From: Candidatus Alectryobacillus sp.
Lineage (GTDB): Bacteria > Bacillota_I > Bacilli_A > RFN20 > CAG-826
Assembly (NCBI GenBank): GCA_036735985.1
Contig: DAINNH010000002.1
Location: 1,095 to 65,094, forward strand
Length of the DNA stretch: 64,000 nucleotides
Direction: 5' to 3'
In this document: piece by piece, positions 1 through 10,000 of the stretch
Layout of the letters: every line of letters starts with the position of its first letter
Position numbering within the stretch: the stretch's first letter is position 1
Notes under the pieces: generated by a model
Database searches by the model: none
Seen by the model: the letters and a program-made list of their open reading frames with translations, nothing else
What the model was told of the DNA's origin: nothing
Position numbers and translations under genes: made by a program

Positions 1-518
1 ATCGAAAACACATGGTAAATTTAAAAGCAGAGCCAAATTTTTTCCATTATTTTGTTGCTGAACTTGAAAAAACAAAAAAAGTTACTGTAATAACACAAAA
101 CATTGATGGGTTGCATCAAAAAGCGGGCAGCCAAAATGTTATCGAATTACATGGTTCAATATATCGCAATTTTTGTGAAAATTGCGGACGTTCTTTTGGC
201 GTAGATTCAATTATGACAAACGAGCCAATTCCACATTGTCCAATTTGCGGAGGTAGACTTAAACCAGATGTAGTTTTATATGATGAACAATTAAATGAAT
301 TTGCAATTGTTCAATCTGAGATAGACCTTCAAAACGCAGATTTATTAATTGTTGCTGGAACATCATTAAAAGTATATCCCGCTGCAGGTTTAATTAATTT
401 CTTTTTTGGAAACAATATAGTTGTAATAAATAAAGAAGCCCTAGCTATAAGTAGCCGGGCTAAATTAACTATTAATGATAGTATTGCAAAGGTTTTCCAA
501 GATATTTATAAAAAATAA
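1..518 (+). CDS. NAD-dependent protein deacylase (sirtuin, CobB/SrtN type), 5'-truncated by window edge
   Basis: TQNIDGLHQKAGS motif and the zinc ribbon CxxC...CxxC (CENCG...CPICGG). The frame is open back to position 1, so the N-terminal Rossmann part lies outside the window. Confidence 0.8.
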   Translation, partial: RKHMVNLKAEPNFFHYFVAELEKTKKVTVITQNIDGLHQKAGSQNVIELHGSIYRNFCENCGRSFGVDSIMTNEPIPHCPICGGRLKPDVVLYDEQLNEFAIVQSEIDLQNADLLIVAGTSLKVYPAAGLINFFFGNNIVVINKEALAISSRAKLTINDSIAKVFQDIYKK

Positions 519-531
519 TTAATCATATTTA

Positions 532-559
532 TTGAAAGTATTTTATAAATTTTTATAAT
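532..559 (+). promoter_or_regulatory. Sigma-A-like promoter for nfu (TTGAAA, 16-nt spacer, TATAAT). The -10 box ends 8 nt before the ATG with no ribosome-binding site, so a leaderless mRNA is suspected.
   Basis: Sequence read directly: TTGAAA at 532-537 and TATAAT at 554-559. The nfu ATG is at 568. Confidence 0.45.
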
Positions 560-567
560 GTTAAAGT

Positions 568-804
568 ATGAATGAAAATGAAACTATTGATTTAATCAAT
601 AAAACCCTCGATAAGATTCGTCCATTTATTCAAAGAGATGGGGGCGATTTAGAATTTGTTAAATTCGAAAATGGCATCGTCTATGTCAAATTAACTGGTG
701 CCTGCGAAGGCTGTATGGCAATCGACCAAACTTTAGGAAATGGTATTGAAGTTATTTTAATGGATGAAGTTCCTGGCGTTTTAGGTGTTAAGTTAGCTGA
801 TTAA
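568..804 (+). CDS. nfuA: NifU C-terminal domain (Nfu-type) iron-sulfur cluster carrier protein
   Basis: 78 aa. LDKIRPFIQRDGGDLEFV...LTGACEGC, the canonical Nfu CxxC motif. Confidence 0.8.
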   Translation: MNENETIDLINKTLDKIRPFIQRDGGDLEFVKFENGIVYVKLTGACEGCMAIDQTLGNGIEVILMDEVPGVLGVKLAD

Positions 805-2396
805 TTATATTTCGCTGCATCGACAGAATGATCAACTAAAATTCTATCGATAACTGCATCACGAATAAATTTACCAGTGTGGATGATGTCTCCCTTGAGA
901 TAATCATCTTTTATTTTATATCCAAGATAATCAATAACCGCAATCTTGTAGTAATTATCACTAACAACATTATCACAACAATTTTGAGGATAAACTCCAT
1001 ATTGTGATTTAAAAGGATATAGTGTTTCACCATCTGTTGCTACAGTCGAACCTATTAAAACTTCGCCTTTAACATTTAAAATAATAATTTCGTTGTCAAA
1101 CGGAAAACAATTCCAAACTAATCCATTTGTTATATTTCCAGACGAGAACGAACTACGCGCACTGTTATGGAAAAATCCAATAATATTTTGCGATGAGTAC
1201 TCCGTGCTATTATTTACAAATAAATAACCAGTTTCAGCACCAAATTTAGCTAAATTTTTATTTGAAATATAGCCATTACATGTTCCAATAACCGTATTAC
1301 TATACTCTGTCACATCATATTTTTTTGTATAAATGCTTTTTATTTCAAAATCATCAACTGTGTAGTTGTATTGTTGTGAAGTAAAATAACTGACATCTGC
1401 AGAGTTAATTGTAGTTTTGCCTTCTGCTAAAGTACAATTAATTTGATCATATGCTTCACCATTGCAAATTGCACGAACTAATGGAATATTGTTGTATGTT
1501 TCGCTTTGATAGGAGTGTGCGTGACCATTTATAACTAAATCAATTCCACAATTGTCAAGAATATCTCTTTTTTCTTGTCCTAATGTTGAGTTTTCATTAA
1601 CATTAGCAAGATCCCAGGCTTGATGAGGCATTAAAACTATAAAATCAGCTCCTTCTTCACGAAGGTTTTTGGCACAATTCGAGACATATTTTAGTGTTGA
1701 ATCAAATGTTAAATTCTTAACAACCGTATAAGTAATATCACTGTATTGCTCTTCGCCAATTATTCCAATTACTCCTAATTTAACATTGTCTTTTTCAATT
1801 AATGTACAAGATGAAATGAAATCAGGTCTTTCGTTAGTTTGCTTATCAATAATATTGGCGCCTAAAAATGGGAAATTCGCAAGTCGAGAATTTAATTTTA
1901 AGTAATCTAAACCCCAGTCAAAATCATGATTTCCAATAGTCATAGCATCAAAACCAATTTCATTCATAGCTTCAGTAACATAGGCGCCATGATTTGAATT
2001 TGACTCAATGGAACCTTGCCACATGTCTCCAGCTGAAAGAATGAAAGTAGTCATATTTTTAGCATAGTCTTTAAATATTGAACCCATTTTTTGGATTCCA
2101 ATTTTATAGTTATTATAATAAGGCTCTGAAACACAAGCACCATGAAAGTCATTAACGGCTAGAATTTGAAAATTTTTAGGTTCGTTAGTAGACGTTGTGT
2201 TTATAGTCGTAATTGTAGTAGATTCAGTAGTTTCAATTGTTTGAGTACTGCTTGTATTTTCGCTACTAGTAGTCTCATTAGTTTGAGAAACGCTAGTATT
2301 TAGACTCGTCGTTTCATTGCAACTTGTAAGTATTAAACTACCAAGTAGCACAAGAACACTATAAAAGCATGTTTTCTTTTTTGTTAACAATGACAT
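801..2396 (-). CDS. Lipoprotein, 5'-nucleotidase / calcineurin-like metallophosphoesterase family
   Basis: Signal peptide plus lipobox LTSCNE, and metallophosphatase motifs DFHG, GNHDFD, NGHAHS. The start is probably the internal ATG at 2396 (MSLLTKKK) rather than the ORF-track start at 2417. Confidence 0.75.
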   Translation of the reverse strand: MSLLTKKKTCFYSVLVLLGSLILTSCNETTSLNTSVSQTNETTSSENTSSTQTIETTESTTITTINTTSTNEPKNFQILAVNDFHGACVSEPYYNNYKIGIQKMGSIFKDYAKNMTTFILSAGDMWQGSIESNSNHGAYVTEAMNEIGFDAMTIGNHDFDWGLDYLKLNSRLANFPFLGANIIDKQTNERPDFISSCTLIEKDNVKLGVIGIIGEEQYSDITYTVVKNLTFDSTLKYVSNCAKNLREEGADFIVLMPHQAWDLANVNENSTLGQEKRDILDNCGIDLVINGHAHSYQSETYNNIPLVRAICNGEAYDQINCTLAEGKTTINSADVSYFTSQQYNYTVDDFEIKSIYTKKYDVTEYSNTVIGTCNGYISNKNLAKFGAETGYLFVNNSTEYSSQNIIGFFHNSARSSFSSGNITNGLVWNCFPFDNEIIILNVKGEVLIGSTVATDGETLYPFKSQYGVYPQNCCDNVVSDNYYKIAVIDYLGYKIKDDYLKGDIIHTGKFIRDAVIDRILVDHSVDAAKYN

Positions 2397-3141
2397 ATCC
2401 TTCCTCATTATGTACATTCTCGCGATTATACATCATCTTATTACCATCAGGTTTCAAAACAAATCCGCCAGCTTCACTAACAATAATCTCAAAAGCAGCA
2501 GTATCCCATTCTTTAGTTCCATTTGAAATTCTATACGAAATCTCTGCAGAACCTTCAGCAATTTTACATGCCTTTAGAGATGATCCGGCTGTAACTACAT
2601 TAACAATCTTATCGTTATGTTTTTTAATTAGATTTTTTTCTTCATCGGATAAATGAAATCTAGAAGTTAAGCATGTCAATTTTTCAGTCTTGTTTGAAAC
2701 ATGAATCTTTGCTATTTCGTTTGTAAGGGTATTTTTTCGATAAGCACCTTGACCCTTAATTGCATAATACATTAAATTACTGGCTGGAATAATGACAACA
2801 CCTGCCACAATCTCATGTTTATAGCATAAGGCAATATTTGTTGTAAATTCACCATTGCGATCACAAAAATCAGCAGTGCCATCTAATGGATCAATAATAA
2901 AAACGAAATCTTTGTTTAGGCGTTCAGGGCTATCAACAGATTCTTCTGTCAAGAAACCATAATCCGGATATTTCTTTTTTAAATAAGTACGAATCGTTTG
3001 GTCAGCCTTTAAATCAGCTTGTGTTACTGGAGAATTGTCTTCTTTTATTTTAATATCAAATTTTTGAGCATAGACATTTAAAATATCTGTTTTTGCCAAT
3101 AACCCTGCAAAACACATATCTTTTAATTGTTCTTCAAACAT
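2359..3141 (-). CDS. Inositol monophosphatase family protein (SuhB/CysQ-like)
   Basis: IMPase signature FIIDPLDGT and the overall fold pattern. Confidence 0.75.
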   Translation of the reverse strand: MFEEQLKDMCFAGLLAKTDILNVYAQKFDIKIKEDNSPVTQADLKADQTIRTYLKKKYPDYGFLTEESVDSPERLNKDFVFIIDPLDGTADFCDRNGEFTTNIALCYKHEIVAGVVIIPASNLMYYAIKGQGAYRKNTLTNEIAKIHVSNKTEKLTCLTSRFHLSDEEKNLIKKHNDKIVNVVTAGSSLKACKIAEGSAEISYRISNGTKEWDTAAFEIIVSEAGGFVLKPDGNKMMYNRENVHNEEGYVIVNKKENMLL

Positions 3142-3161
3142 AAGTCCTCCCTAATTTAGAA

Positions 3162-3190
3162 ACAAAAAGTCACCAAAAGTGACTTTTTGT
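3162..3190 (-). terminator. Rho-independent terminator downstream of fba (AAAAAGTCAC-loop-GTGACTTTTT)
   Basis: Perfect 10-bp stem with a 5-nt loop and a flanking T-run on the minus strand. Confidence 0.7.
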
Positions 3191-3208
3191 TAATCTTTTA
3201 AAATTTAA

Positions 3209-4084
3209 TTACGCAGCTTTGCCAATGCAGCCAAACCATTCGCATTCCATTTTAACTGTATCTCTAATACCTTGTTTAGCTGGTCCGAGAAGTTTGCGTG
3301 GATCGTATTCGGTTGGTTTTTCAACAACTACTTTTCTTAAGACTCTATTAAATGCCATTTGGCATTCAGTATTAACGTTAATCTTGCATGTACCACATTG
3401 AATAGCATGTCTAATTTGTTCAGCAGGAATTCCGCTGCCACCATGTAAAACTAATGGGATATTAACAAGTTTAGCAATTTCTTCCATTTCTTTAAAACCA
3501 AGTTTTGGTTCACCATGGTATGGACCATGAACAGAACCTAAAGCTGGAGCTAATGCATCAAGATGTGCTTCTTTAACAAGTCTTACACAATCATTTGGGT
3601 CAGCATATAAAACGCCTTGTGAAACTGTATCATCTTCTTGTCCACCAACATGGCCAACTTCAGCTTCAACTGAAACGGCTGGTTTATGAGCGTGAGCATA
3701 ATCTGTAACTTTCTTAACAATAGCAATATTCTCATTAATTTCATGATGTGAAGCATCAATCATAACAGATGAGAAGCCTGCATCAATTGCTGTCTTACAA
3801 AATTCAAAACTTGAACCATGATCAACATGTAAGGCCACTGGTACTGTAATACCATTGTCTTTCATATAGCCTAAAACCATACCAACAATCGTATCGCAAC
3901 CACCCATATAACGGGCTGCGCCTTCACTAACACCTAAAATAACAGGTGTCTTTAATTCCTGGCATTCATCAAGAATAGCAGAAATCCATTCAAGATTGTT
4001 GATGTTAAATTGACCAACAGCATAGTGGCCAACTCTAGCTTTTTCAAGCATTTCTTTCATCGATACTAATTGTACATCTTCCAT
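3209..4084 (-). CDS. fba: Fructose-bisphosphate aldolase, class II
   Basis: Near-collinear with B. subtilis FbaA: GQFNx[25 protein letters not shown]. Confidence 0.95.
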   Translation of the reverse strand: MEDVQLVSMKEMLEKARVGHYAVGQFNINNLEWISAILDECQELKTPVILGVSEGAARYMGGCDTIVGMVLGYMKDNGITVPVALHVDHGSSFEFCKTAIDAGFSSVMIDASHHEINENIAIVKKVTDYAHAHKPAVSVEAEVGHVGGQEDDTVSQGVLYADPNDCVRLVKEAHLDALAPALGSVHGPYHGEPKLGFKEMEEIAKLVNIPLVLHGGSGIPAEQIRHAIQCGTCKINVNTECQMAFNRVLRKVVVEKPTEYDPRKLLGPAKQGIRDTVKMECEWFGCIGKAA

Positions 4085-4123
4085 AAATTTACCTCCGGTT
4101 TAGTATGTAACAATAATCTAAAA

Positions 4124-4507
4124 CTATTTAATAACTTCTTCTGTTGAATCGTCGGCTTCTTCGCCTTCTTCCTCTTTAGTTGGAATAGATTCATCTTCAT
4201 CGTCATCGTCATCTTCATTTTCGCTATCACTAGCTGTTAATTCATCTTCAGAATAAATAGCATTAATATCGATATGAACTTTATCAAATGTTTGATTACA
4301 ACGTAAATCCCACATATTGTCACCTAATTGAACAAAACGTGAGTCTAATGATAAGTTAGTATAAAATTTTCCGATCTTTAAACTTTTCTCATCATCGCTA
4401 TATCCTTGTTTTTCACAGATATAATTCCAAATATCACTAAATTGTTTTGCGGCTTTGCTTTCGACAATATATTCATAAGCCAAGTCTAAATTTGATTTTT
4501 GATCCAT
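4124..4507 (-). CDS. rpoE: DNA-directed RNA polymerase delta subunit
   Basis: N-terminal domain with FYTNLSLDSRF and WDLR, plus a poly-Asp/Glu acidic tail. The start is taken at MDQKSN (4507) to avoid overlap with argS. Confidence 0.7.
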   Translation of the reverse strand: MDQKSNLDLAYEYIVESKAAKQFSDIWNYICEKQGYSDDEKSLKIGKFYTNLSLDSRFVQLGDNMWDLRCNQTFDKVHIDINAIYSEDELTASDSENEDDDDDEDESIPTKEEEGEEADDSTEEVIK

Positions 4508-4520
4508 TTTAATTTCCTCT

Positions 4521-6140
4521 TTACATTTTGTTTGGAGCATCAACACCAACTAATTCCAAACTATTTTTAAGCACAATTGCACAAGCTTTCATTAAAGAGA
4601 GCCTAGCTCCAGTTAAATCCATATTATCATTATCGATAATACGATATTTGGCGTAGAACTCATGAACAAGAGATGCAAGTTTTTGAACATAATTGCATAT
4701 TTTGTAAGGAGCTCTTTCGTTTACTGCGCCTTGAATAATATTACCATATTCACCTAGACATTTCATTAAAGAAAATTCACTATCGTTAGAAAGTAAATAA
4801 TATTTATTATTTAACTCGATATTTGCAAGTGATAAAACATTCATAATTCGAGCATGAGCATATTGTGCATAATACACTGGATTTTGATTTGATTGAGCTA
4901 AAGCAATATCAAGATTAAAATCGAGGTGCGAACTGGCCGCGTGTTCAACAAAGAAGTATCGACAAGCATCTACACCAACAAGCGAAACAAGATCCCTCAT
5001 CTTAATCGCATTGCCAGTTCGCTTCGACATTTTAACTTCTTCACCGTCTTTCATAATACGAACCATTTGAATTAATTCAACTTCTAAAGCATCTTCTTTA
5101 TATCCGTTCATCATTAAAGCTGATTTCATACGATTTATATAGCCATGATGATCAGCTCCAAGGACATCAATCAAGCGATCCGCTTTACGAGATAATTTAT
5201 CTAAATGATAAACAATATCCGGAACAAAATAAGTATAATCGCCATTTGATTTAACAATAACACGATCCTTATCATCTAAAAAGTCCGTCGTTCTTAAGTA
5301 TTTTGCTCCATCAAGAGTATAAACATATTTATCTAAAGATTTAATTAATTTTTCAACAGAATCGTTAGCTCGAACATCAGTTTCATTTGTAAAAACATCA
5401 AACTCGACTCTAAATTCACGAAGATCGTCTTTAATTTTATCAAGTTCCTTAACTTTGCCATATTGTTTAAAGAACTCTAAATTTGCATCATCATCTTGTA
5501 AATATTGGTCTTTAAACTCTTTCTTTAAAGACTTGGCAATATCAATAACGTCTTTTCCATGATAGCCATCTTCTGGAATTGGATATTCTTTTTTATAAAG
5601 TGCAAAATAGCGAGCCTTTAATGATTTCGCTAAATTGAGCATTTGGGCTCCAGCATCATTAACATAATATTCACGAATAATGTTATAGCCACCTTTTTTA
5701 AAGATACGAGCTAAAGAATCTCCTATAGCCGCACCACGAGCATGACCTAAATGTAAATCGCCTGTTGGATTTGCCGAGACATATTCAAGATTAATTGTGA
5801 CTCCATTTGAAGGCAAATCACCATAATGCTCGCCTTTAGTTAAGACTTCATCAAGTACAGAAGAAAGTGATTCATTTTTTAAAAAGAAATTAATAAAACC
5901 TGGACCAGCAATTTCAATTTTTTCTAATTTTTCTTGATTTAAATTAGAAATAATTAAATTTGCAATATCGCGAGGATTCTTCTTTAACTTAGATGAAAGT
6001 TTAAGAGCGATATTGCTCGCAAAATCACCATGTGATTTTTCTTTTGATTGTTGTATTTCAATTTCGTTGCTTGAAAAATCAACACCTAATTTTTTTAAGG
6101 CTTCAGCTAATTTTTCCTGCAAAAACTCAACATTTCCCAT
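4521..6140 (-). CDS. argS: Arginine--tRNA ligase
   Basis: Class I HIGH-like HLGH motif and KMSKR. The start is taken at MGNVEF (6140), which has a GGAGG-containing ribosome-binding site upstream. Confidence 0.95.
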   Translation of the reverse strand: MGNVEFLQEKLAEALKKLGVDFSSNEIEIQQSKEKSHGDFASNIALKLSSKLKKNPRDIANLIISNLNQEKLEKIEIAGPGFINFFLKNESLSSVLDEVLTKGEHYGDLPSNGVTINLEYVSANPTGDLHLGHARGAAIGDSLARIFKKGGYNIIREYYVNDAGAQMLNLAKSLKARYFALYKKEYPIPEDGYHGKDVIDIAKSLKKEFKDQYLQDDDANLEFFKQYGKVKELDKIKDDLREFRVEFDVFTNETDVRANDSVEKLIKSLDKYVYTLDGAKYLRTTDFLDDKDRVIVKSNGDYTYFVPDIVYHLDKLSRKADRLIDVLGADHHGYINRMKSALMMNGYKEDALEVELIQMVRIMKDGEEVKMSKRTGNAIKMRDLVSLVGVDACRYFFVEHAASSHLDFNLDIALAQSNQNPVYYAQYAHARIMNVLSLANIELNNKYYLLSNDSEFSLMKCLGEYGNIIQGAVNERAPYKICNYVQKLASLVHEFYAKYRIIDNDNMDLTGARLSLMKACAIVLKNSLELVGVDAPNKM

Positions 6141-6534
6141 TTGTTTCCTCCAACAAGTATTCATAATGAACGATACCTGGTATGCCATTAAAGGCCAAAA
6201 CATCATATTCTATCAATAAATAATTTTCTTTTTTAACAATCTTTTTTGTATAAATTTTAAGATTTAAAGAACGCCCTTCTTCTGTAATATATGTAGCAGC
6301 AGATTCTTCATTTTCTACAAAGTGATAAAAAGCGTGTGTTCCATTATAATCGTTTTCAATTTCAAGTCTTCCATTACTATATTTCAAAGTTGTTTTACCG
6401 ACATTATTTTCTTCATCTTTAAAGTTAATAACGCCTCCATCTAAAGTTTCAAAACTTTCGCCAATAAACTTTAAAATACTTCCTTCATCTTTATGTCCTT
6501 CAAAATATGAAGTGTTTGTAATTTGAATCTTCAT
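6127..6534 (-). CDS. Small beta-rich protein of unknown function, possibly DUF1934 (YwiB-like)
   Basis: 135 aa between gltX and argS, with overlaps of 1 nt and about 14 nt. Its position upstream of argS matches the B. subtilis ywiB-argS arrangement. It has no motifs of its own. Confidence 0.35.
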   Translation of the reverse strand: MKIQITNTSYFEGHKDEGSILKFIGESFETLDGGVINFKDEENNVGKTTLKYSNGRLEIENDYNGTHAFYHFVENEESAATYITEEGRSLNLKIYTKKIVKKENYLLIEYDVLAFNGIPGIVHYEYLLEETNGKC

Positions 6535-7976
6535 TATTTACCTAACCTTTTGGCGGTTTCTTCAATACCAAGTAAAGTAATAATGTTATACATTTCAAGA
6601 CCATGATCCCTTCCTGTGATTTTTAAGCGTAAAGGCATATAAAGGTCTTTACCTTTAACACCAGTGACCATTGAAATTGATTTAATCAAAGCATTTACCG
6701 TATCTTTATCGGTTACTTTAAGATTAACTATTTCTTTTAGAAACTCACTTATTACTTTTTTAGAGGTATCGTTATTAAGATAATCTAGTTCTTCATTAGT
6801 TAATTCTTTCGGAACAAAAACTTCATCAATTAAAGTCGAAATTTGTGCTCCATTCACTAATTCTTTTTTAAACATATTTGCAACATTTAGTAATTCAACA
6901 TCATTTAACCCTGCAAATCGCTCTGATTTGAGAATAAACGGTTTTATAAAACTTAAATATTCATTATCACTTAATGCGCGAATATACATCCCATTTAACC
7001 AATCTAATTTTTTAGGGTCAAACATTGAAGGGGAGGCAGATAATCTCTTTGGATCAAAAGCTTTAATAGCTTCTTCCAAACTAAAGATTTCTTGATCTGA
7101 ATCAGGTGTCCAACCTAATAATAATATAAAGTTATCAATTGCTGCAGGTAAATATCCAAGATCACGATATTGTGACATAAATTGCAAAATATTATGATCA
7201 CGTTTTGAAAGTTTCTTTCCATCTTGGTTAATAATTATTGTCATATGGCCAAATTGAGGCATTTCCCAGCCAAAATAGTTGTATACAATCATTTGCTTAG
7301 GAGTGTTCGATAAATGTTCTTCGCCTCTAAAAACATGCGAGATATCCATAATGTGATCATCGATGACAACTGCAAAATTATATGTAGGAATACCATTTGA
7401 TTTAATAATAACAAAATCTCCAATATCATCACTATTAAAAGAAACTTTTCCTCTAACTAAATCATCAAATTCTAATGTTTGGTGTTCAGGAACCTTGATA
7501 CGAATTGAGTATGGTTTACCTTCAGCTTTTAATTTATCTTTTTCTTCCTTAGAAAGTTTTAAACAGCGGCGATCATATTTAAAAGCTGAAATACCACGTG
7601 CTTCTTGTTCGGCCTTCATTTGGTCGAGTTCTTCTTCAGTGCAAAAACACTCGTATGCATACCCTTTATCAATCAATTCTTGAGCATATTTGCGATATAG
7701 ATCGATTTTTTCGGTTTGACGATAAGGAGCATATTTTGGATTCATTTTTTCAATAGATTCATCTGGTATAATGTTTAGCCAAAGCAAATCATGTAATTGT
7801 GAATATTCAGCACCTGGTATATTTCTTTCAATATCTGTATCTTCAATACGAAAAACAAAATCACCATTATATTTTTTGGCAAATAAATAATTAAATAACG
7901 CACTACGAGCACCACCTATATGTAAATAACCTGTTGGTGATGGAGCATATCTTACTCTAACTTTCGCAAATCCCAT
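6534..7976 (-). CDS. gltX: Glutamate--tRNA ligase
   Basis: N-terminus RVRYAPSPTGYLHIGGARSALFNY, which is the HIGH motif, plus KLSKR. Confidence 0.95.
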   Translation of the reverse strand: MGFAKVRVRYAPSPTGYLHIGGARSALFNYLFAKKYNGDFVFRIEDTDIERNIPGAEYSQLHDLLWLNIIPDESIEKMNPKYAPYRQTEKIDLYRKYAQELIDKGYAYECFCTEEELDQMKAEQEARGISAFKYDRRCLKLSKEEKDKLKAEGKPYSIRIKVPEHQTLEFDDLVRGKVSFNSDDIGDFVIIKSNGIPTYNFAVVIDDHIMDISHVFRGEEHLSNTPKQMIVYNYFGWEMPQFGHMTIIINQDGKKLSKRDHNILQFMSQYRDLGYLPAAIDNFILLLGWTPDSDQEIFSLEEAIKAFDPKRLSASPSMFDPKKLDWLNGMYIRALSDNEYLSFIKPFILKSERFAGLNDVELLNVANMFKKELVNGAQISTLIDEVFVPKELTNEELDYLNNDTSKKVISEFLKEIVNLKVTDKDTVNALIKSISMVTGVKGKDLYMPLRLKITGRDHGLEMYNIITLLGIEETAKRLGK

Positions 7977-7979
7977 AAA

Positions 7980-8456
7980 TTACTCCTTCTTTAATAAACA
8001 TACGACATAAGCACAAACAGCTTTTCCTTGTCCGACAGCATCAAATCCTTCGTTGCTCATTGCTTTAACGTTAATAAATTCTCTTGCGATTTCACAATAT
8101 TTGGCAATATTTTCCAAAATTTGCGGCTTTTGCAAAGAAATATGAGGAGATTCAAGTTCAATTGAAACATCAATATTTTCAATTACAAAACCTTTGTCTT
8201 TCATTTTATTTAAAACAAAATCCAATATTACTTTTGAATTCATGTCTTTACATTTTGGATCTGAACTTGGAAAATATTCTCCAATATCGCCTAAACCTAA
8301 GGCACCCAAAATAGCATCACTAAGAGCATGTAAAACAACATCACCATCTGAAGTGGCTTTCTCTCCAAAAGCAGAATCAATTACAATTCCACCAAGAATA
8401 AGTTTGCGGCCTTTCACTAATGGGTGAATATCTTTGCCAAACCCAACTCTCGTCAT
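7980..8456 (-). CDS. ispF: 2-C-methyl-D-erythritol 2,4-cyclodiphosphate synthase (MEP pathway)
   Basis: GxGxDxH, SDGDVxxHA...DAxLGA. The ispF-gltX adjacency is the same as in B. subtilis. Confidence 0.9.
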   Translation of the reverse strand: MTRVGFGKDIHPLVKGRKLILGGIVIDSAFGEKATSDGDVVLHALSDAILGALGLGDIGEYFPSSDPKCKDMNSKVILDFVLNKMKDKGFVIENIDVSIELESPHISLQKPQILENIAKYCEIAREFINVKAMSNEGFDAVGQGKAVCAYVVCLLKKE

Positions 8457-9565
8457 ACATTAAACCTAAAAAAGAATATGTCACCGTCTTTAGCAACATA
8501 ATCTTTGCCTTCAATTCTTAATTTGCCAGCCTCTTTAACAGCATTTTCGGTTTTATATTTAAAAATATCATCATATGAATAAGCCTCAGCACGAATAAAG
8601 CCTTTTTGAAAATCAGTATGAATAATTCCGGCACATTCTGGTGCTTTCATTCCATTTTTAAAAGTCCAAGCACGACATTCGTCGGCTCCAACAGTAAAGA
8701 AAGTTGACAAGCCTAATAATTTATATGTAGCTTTAATGAGTCTATTTAAACCCGATTCATTAATTCCTAAAGCGGCTAGATATTCTTTTTGTTCATCTTC
8801 TGATAAATCTGCTAACTGAGCTTCGACTTCACAACAAATTGCAATAGCCTCATTTCCTTCAGATTCCGCAAACTTCAAAACCTCTTGATAATATTTACAT
8901 TTATCTAGGTCGGCATAGTCGCCTTCACTAACGTTAGCAACATATATGATTGGTTTAGCAGTTAAAAAATCAGTATTTTTCTTGAGCCATTCTCTTTGCT
9001 CTAAACTAAGGTCTTTTACAATAGTTCTTACAGACTTGTTAGCTAAGAGAGTTTCTTTAACTTTACTTAATATTTCATATTGGAAGATTGAATCTTTATC
9101 TTTTGAAACTCTCGCTTTATTTTCGACTTTATCGATTGCTTTTTGGCAAGAATCAAGATCAGCAAATATTAATTCAAGGTTAATAATGTCTATATCCCTT
9201 AAAGGATCAACCGTATTTTCAACGTGAATGATTTCGTTTGATTCAAAACATCGAACTAAGTGGATAATTGCATCAGTTTCACGAATATGAGCTAAGAATT
9301 GATTGCCTAAGCCTTCACCTTTTGATGCACCTTTAACAAGACCTGCAATATCATAAAATTCCATGGTGGCATATATTTTTCTCTTTGGATTAAAAATAGA
9401 AGATAAAAAATCAAGTCTTTCATCTTTTACTAAAACCATACCATCATTTGGAGAAATAGTTGCAAATGGATAATTTGCTGCTTCGACATGCGATTTTGTC
9501 ACAGCATTAAAAAGAGTAGATTTTCCTACATTTGGAAGACCAACAATACCAGCTTTTAAACCCAT
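8453..9565 (-). CDS. ychF: Ribosome-binding ATPase YchF
   Basis: GIVGLPNVGKSTLFNA P-loop and a TGS-like C-terminus. Confidence 0.9.
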   Translation of the reverse strand: MGLKAGIVGLPNVGKSTLFNAVTKSHVEAANYPFATISPNDGMVLVKDERLDFLSSIFNPKRKIYATMEFYDIAGLVKGASKGEGLGNQFLAHIRETDAIIHLVRCFESNEIIHVENTVDPLRDIDIINLELIFADLDSCQKAIDKVENKARVSKDKDSIFQYEILSKVKETLLANKSVRTIVKDLSLEQREWLKKNTDFLTAKPIIYVANVSEGDYADLDKCKYYQEVLKFAESEGNEAIAICCEVEAQLADLSEDEQKEYLAALGINESGLNRLIKATYKLLGLSTFFTVGADECRAWTFKNGMKAPECAGIIHTDFQKGFIRAEAYSYDDIFKYKTENAVKEAGKLRIEGKDYVAKDGDIFFFRFNV

Positions 9566-9672
9566 AAATCAAACTCCTTATTTTGCAAATGTTATTATAT
9601 AACATTTATACGCTAAAATGTTGAAGTGTAATAAAGTTTTATTTTATATATTTTTAAATTCCGTGAAAATAA

Positions 9673-9700
9673 AAAAACCGCTTACGCGGTTCTTTTTTTG
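9673..9700 (-). terminator. Rho-independent terminator downstream of csp (GAACCGC-GTAA-GCGGTT plus a T-run on the minus strand)
   Basis: Hairpin flanked by an A-run and a T-run. It is shaped for bidirectional use but only csp needs it here. Confidence 0.75.
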
Positions 9701-9707
9701 ATTAAGC

Positions 9708-9923
9708 TTAGATTTTTTTAATATTCTTAGCTCTTGGGCCTCTATCAGATTGCTCAATTTCGAATTCAACCTTATCATGTTGTTCTACTGTTTTGTAGCC
9801 ATCCATGATTAAAGCAGAATAGTGGAAGAAAACGTCTTGACCATCATCTGAATGGATAAAGCCATAGCCTTTTTCTTTGTTGAACATCTTAACTTCGCCA
9901 GTTAATGTTTTAACGTCTGCCAT
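9708..9923 (-). CDS. cspA: Cold-shock protein (CspA family)
   Basis: KMFNKEKGYGFI and VFFHYSAL RNP motifs; 71 aa. Confidence 0.9.
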   Translation of the reverse strand: MADVKTLTGEVKMFNKEKGYGFIHSDDGQDVFFHYSALIMDGYKTVEQHDKVEFEIEQSDRGPRAKNIKKI

Positions 9924-10000
9924 ATATTCTCCTGTTCTTTCGAACGTCTATATAATACACCATTTCTAAATGAAAAGCATATATTTATTTGTGTTTATCG

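Noticed and set aside
1-518. Defence-type Sir2 effector
   Set aside because: The sirtuin has the canonical catalytic TQNIDxLH motif and a structural zinc ribbon, typical of the housekeeping deacylase CobB/SrtN. It has no fused or adjacent defence partner.
2369-2656. Plus-strand 95-aa ORF; similar antisense ORFs at 3219-3401, 6013-6219, 7363-7683, 8084-8314, 8194-8427, 8946-9227, 10308-10577, 12240-12452, 12528-12788, 13010-13222, 14570-14794, 20137-20331, 22437-22649, 23063-23305, 23915-24112, 26463-26666, 28665-28850, 30042-30275, 32161-32439, 32506-32721, 35468-35659, 36220-36426, 36935-37165, 39234-39533, 39887-40078, 40530-40715, 43824-44357, 45314-45523, 46349-46546, 48130-48640, 48880-49122, 51843-52100, 53374-53559, 57176-57655, 60840-61430, 62767-62961
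   Set aside because: All lie antisense to, or out of frame within, well-supported conserved genes. They have low-complexity composition and no motif. They are typical AT-rich spurious ORFs.
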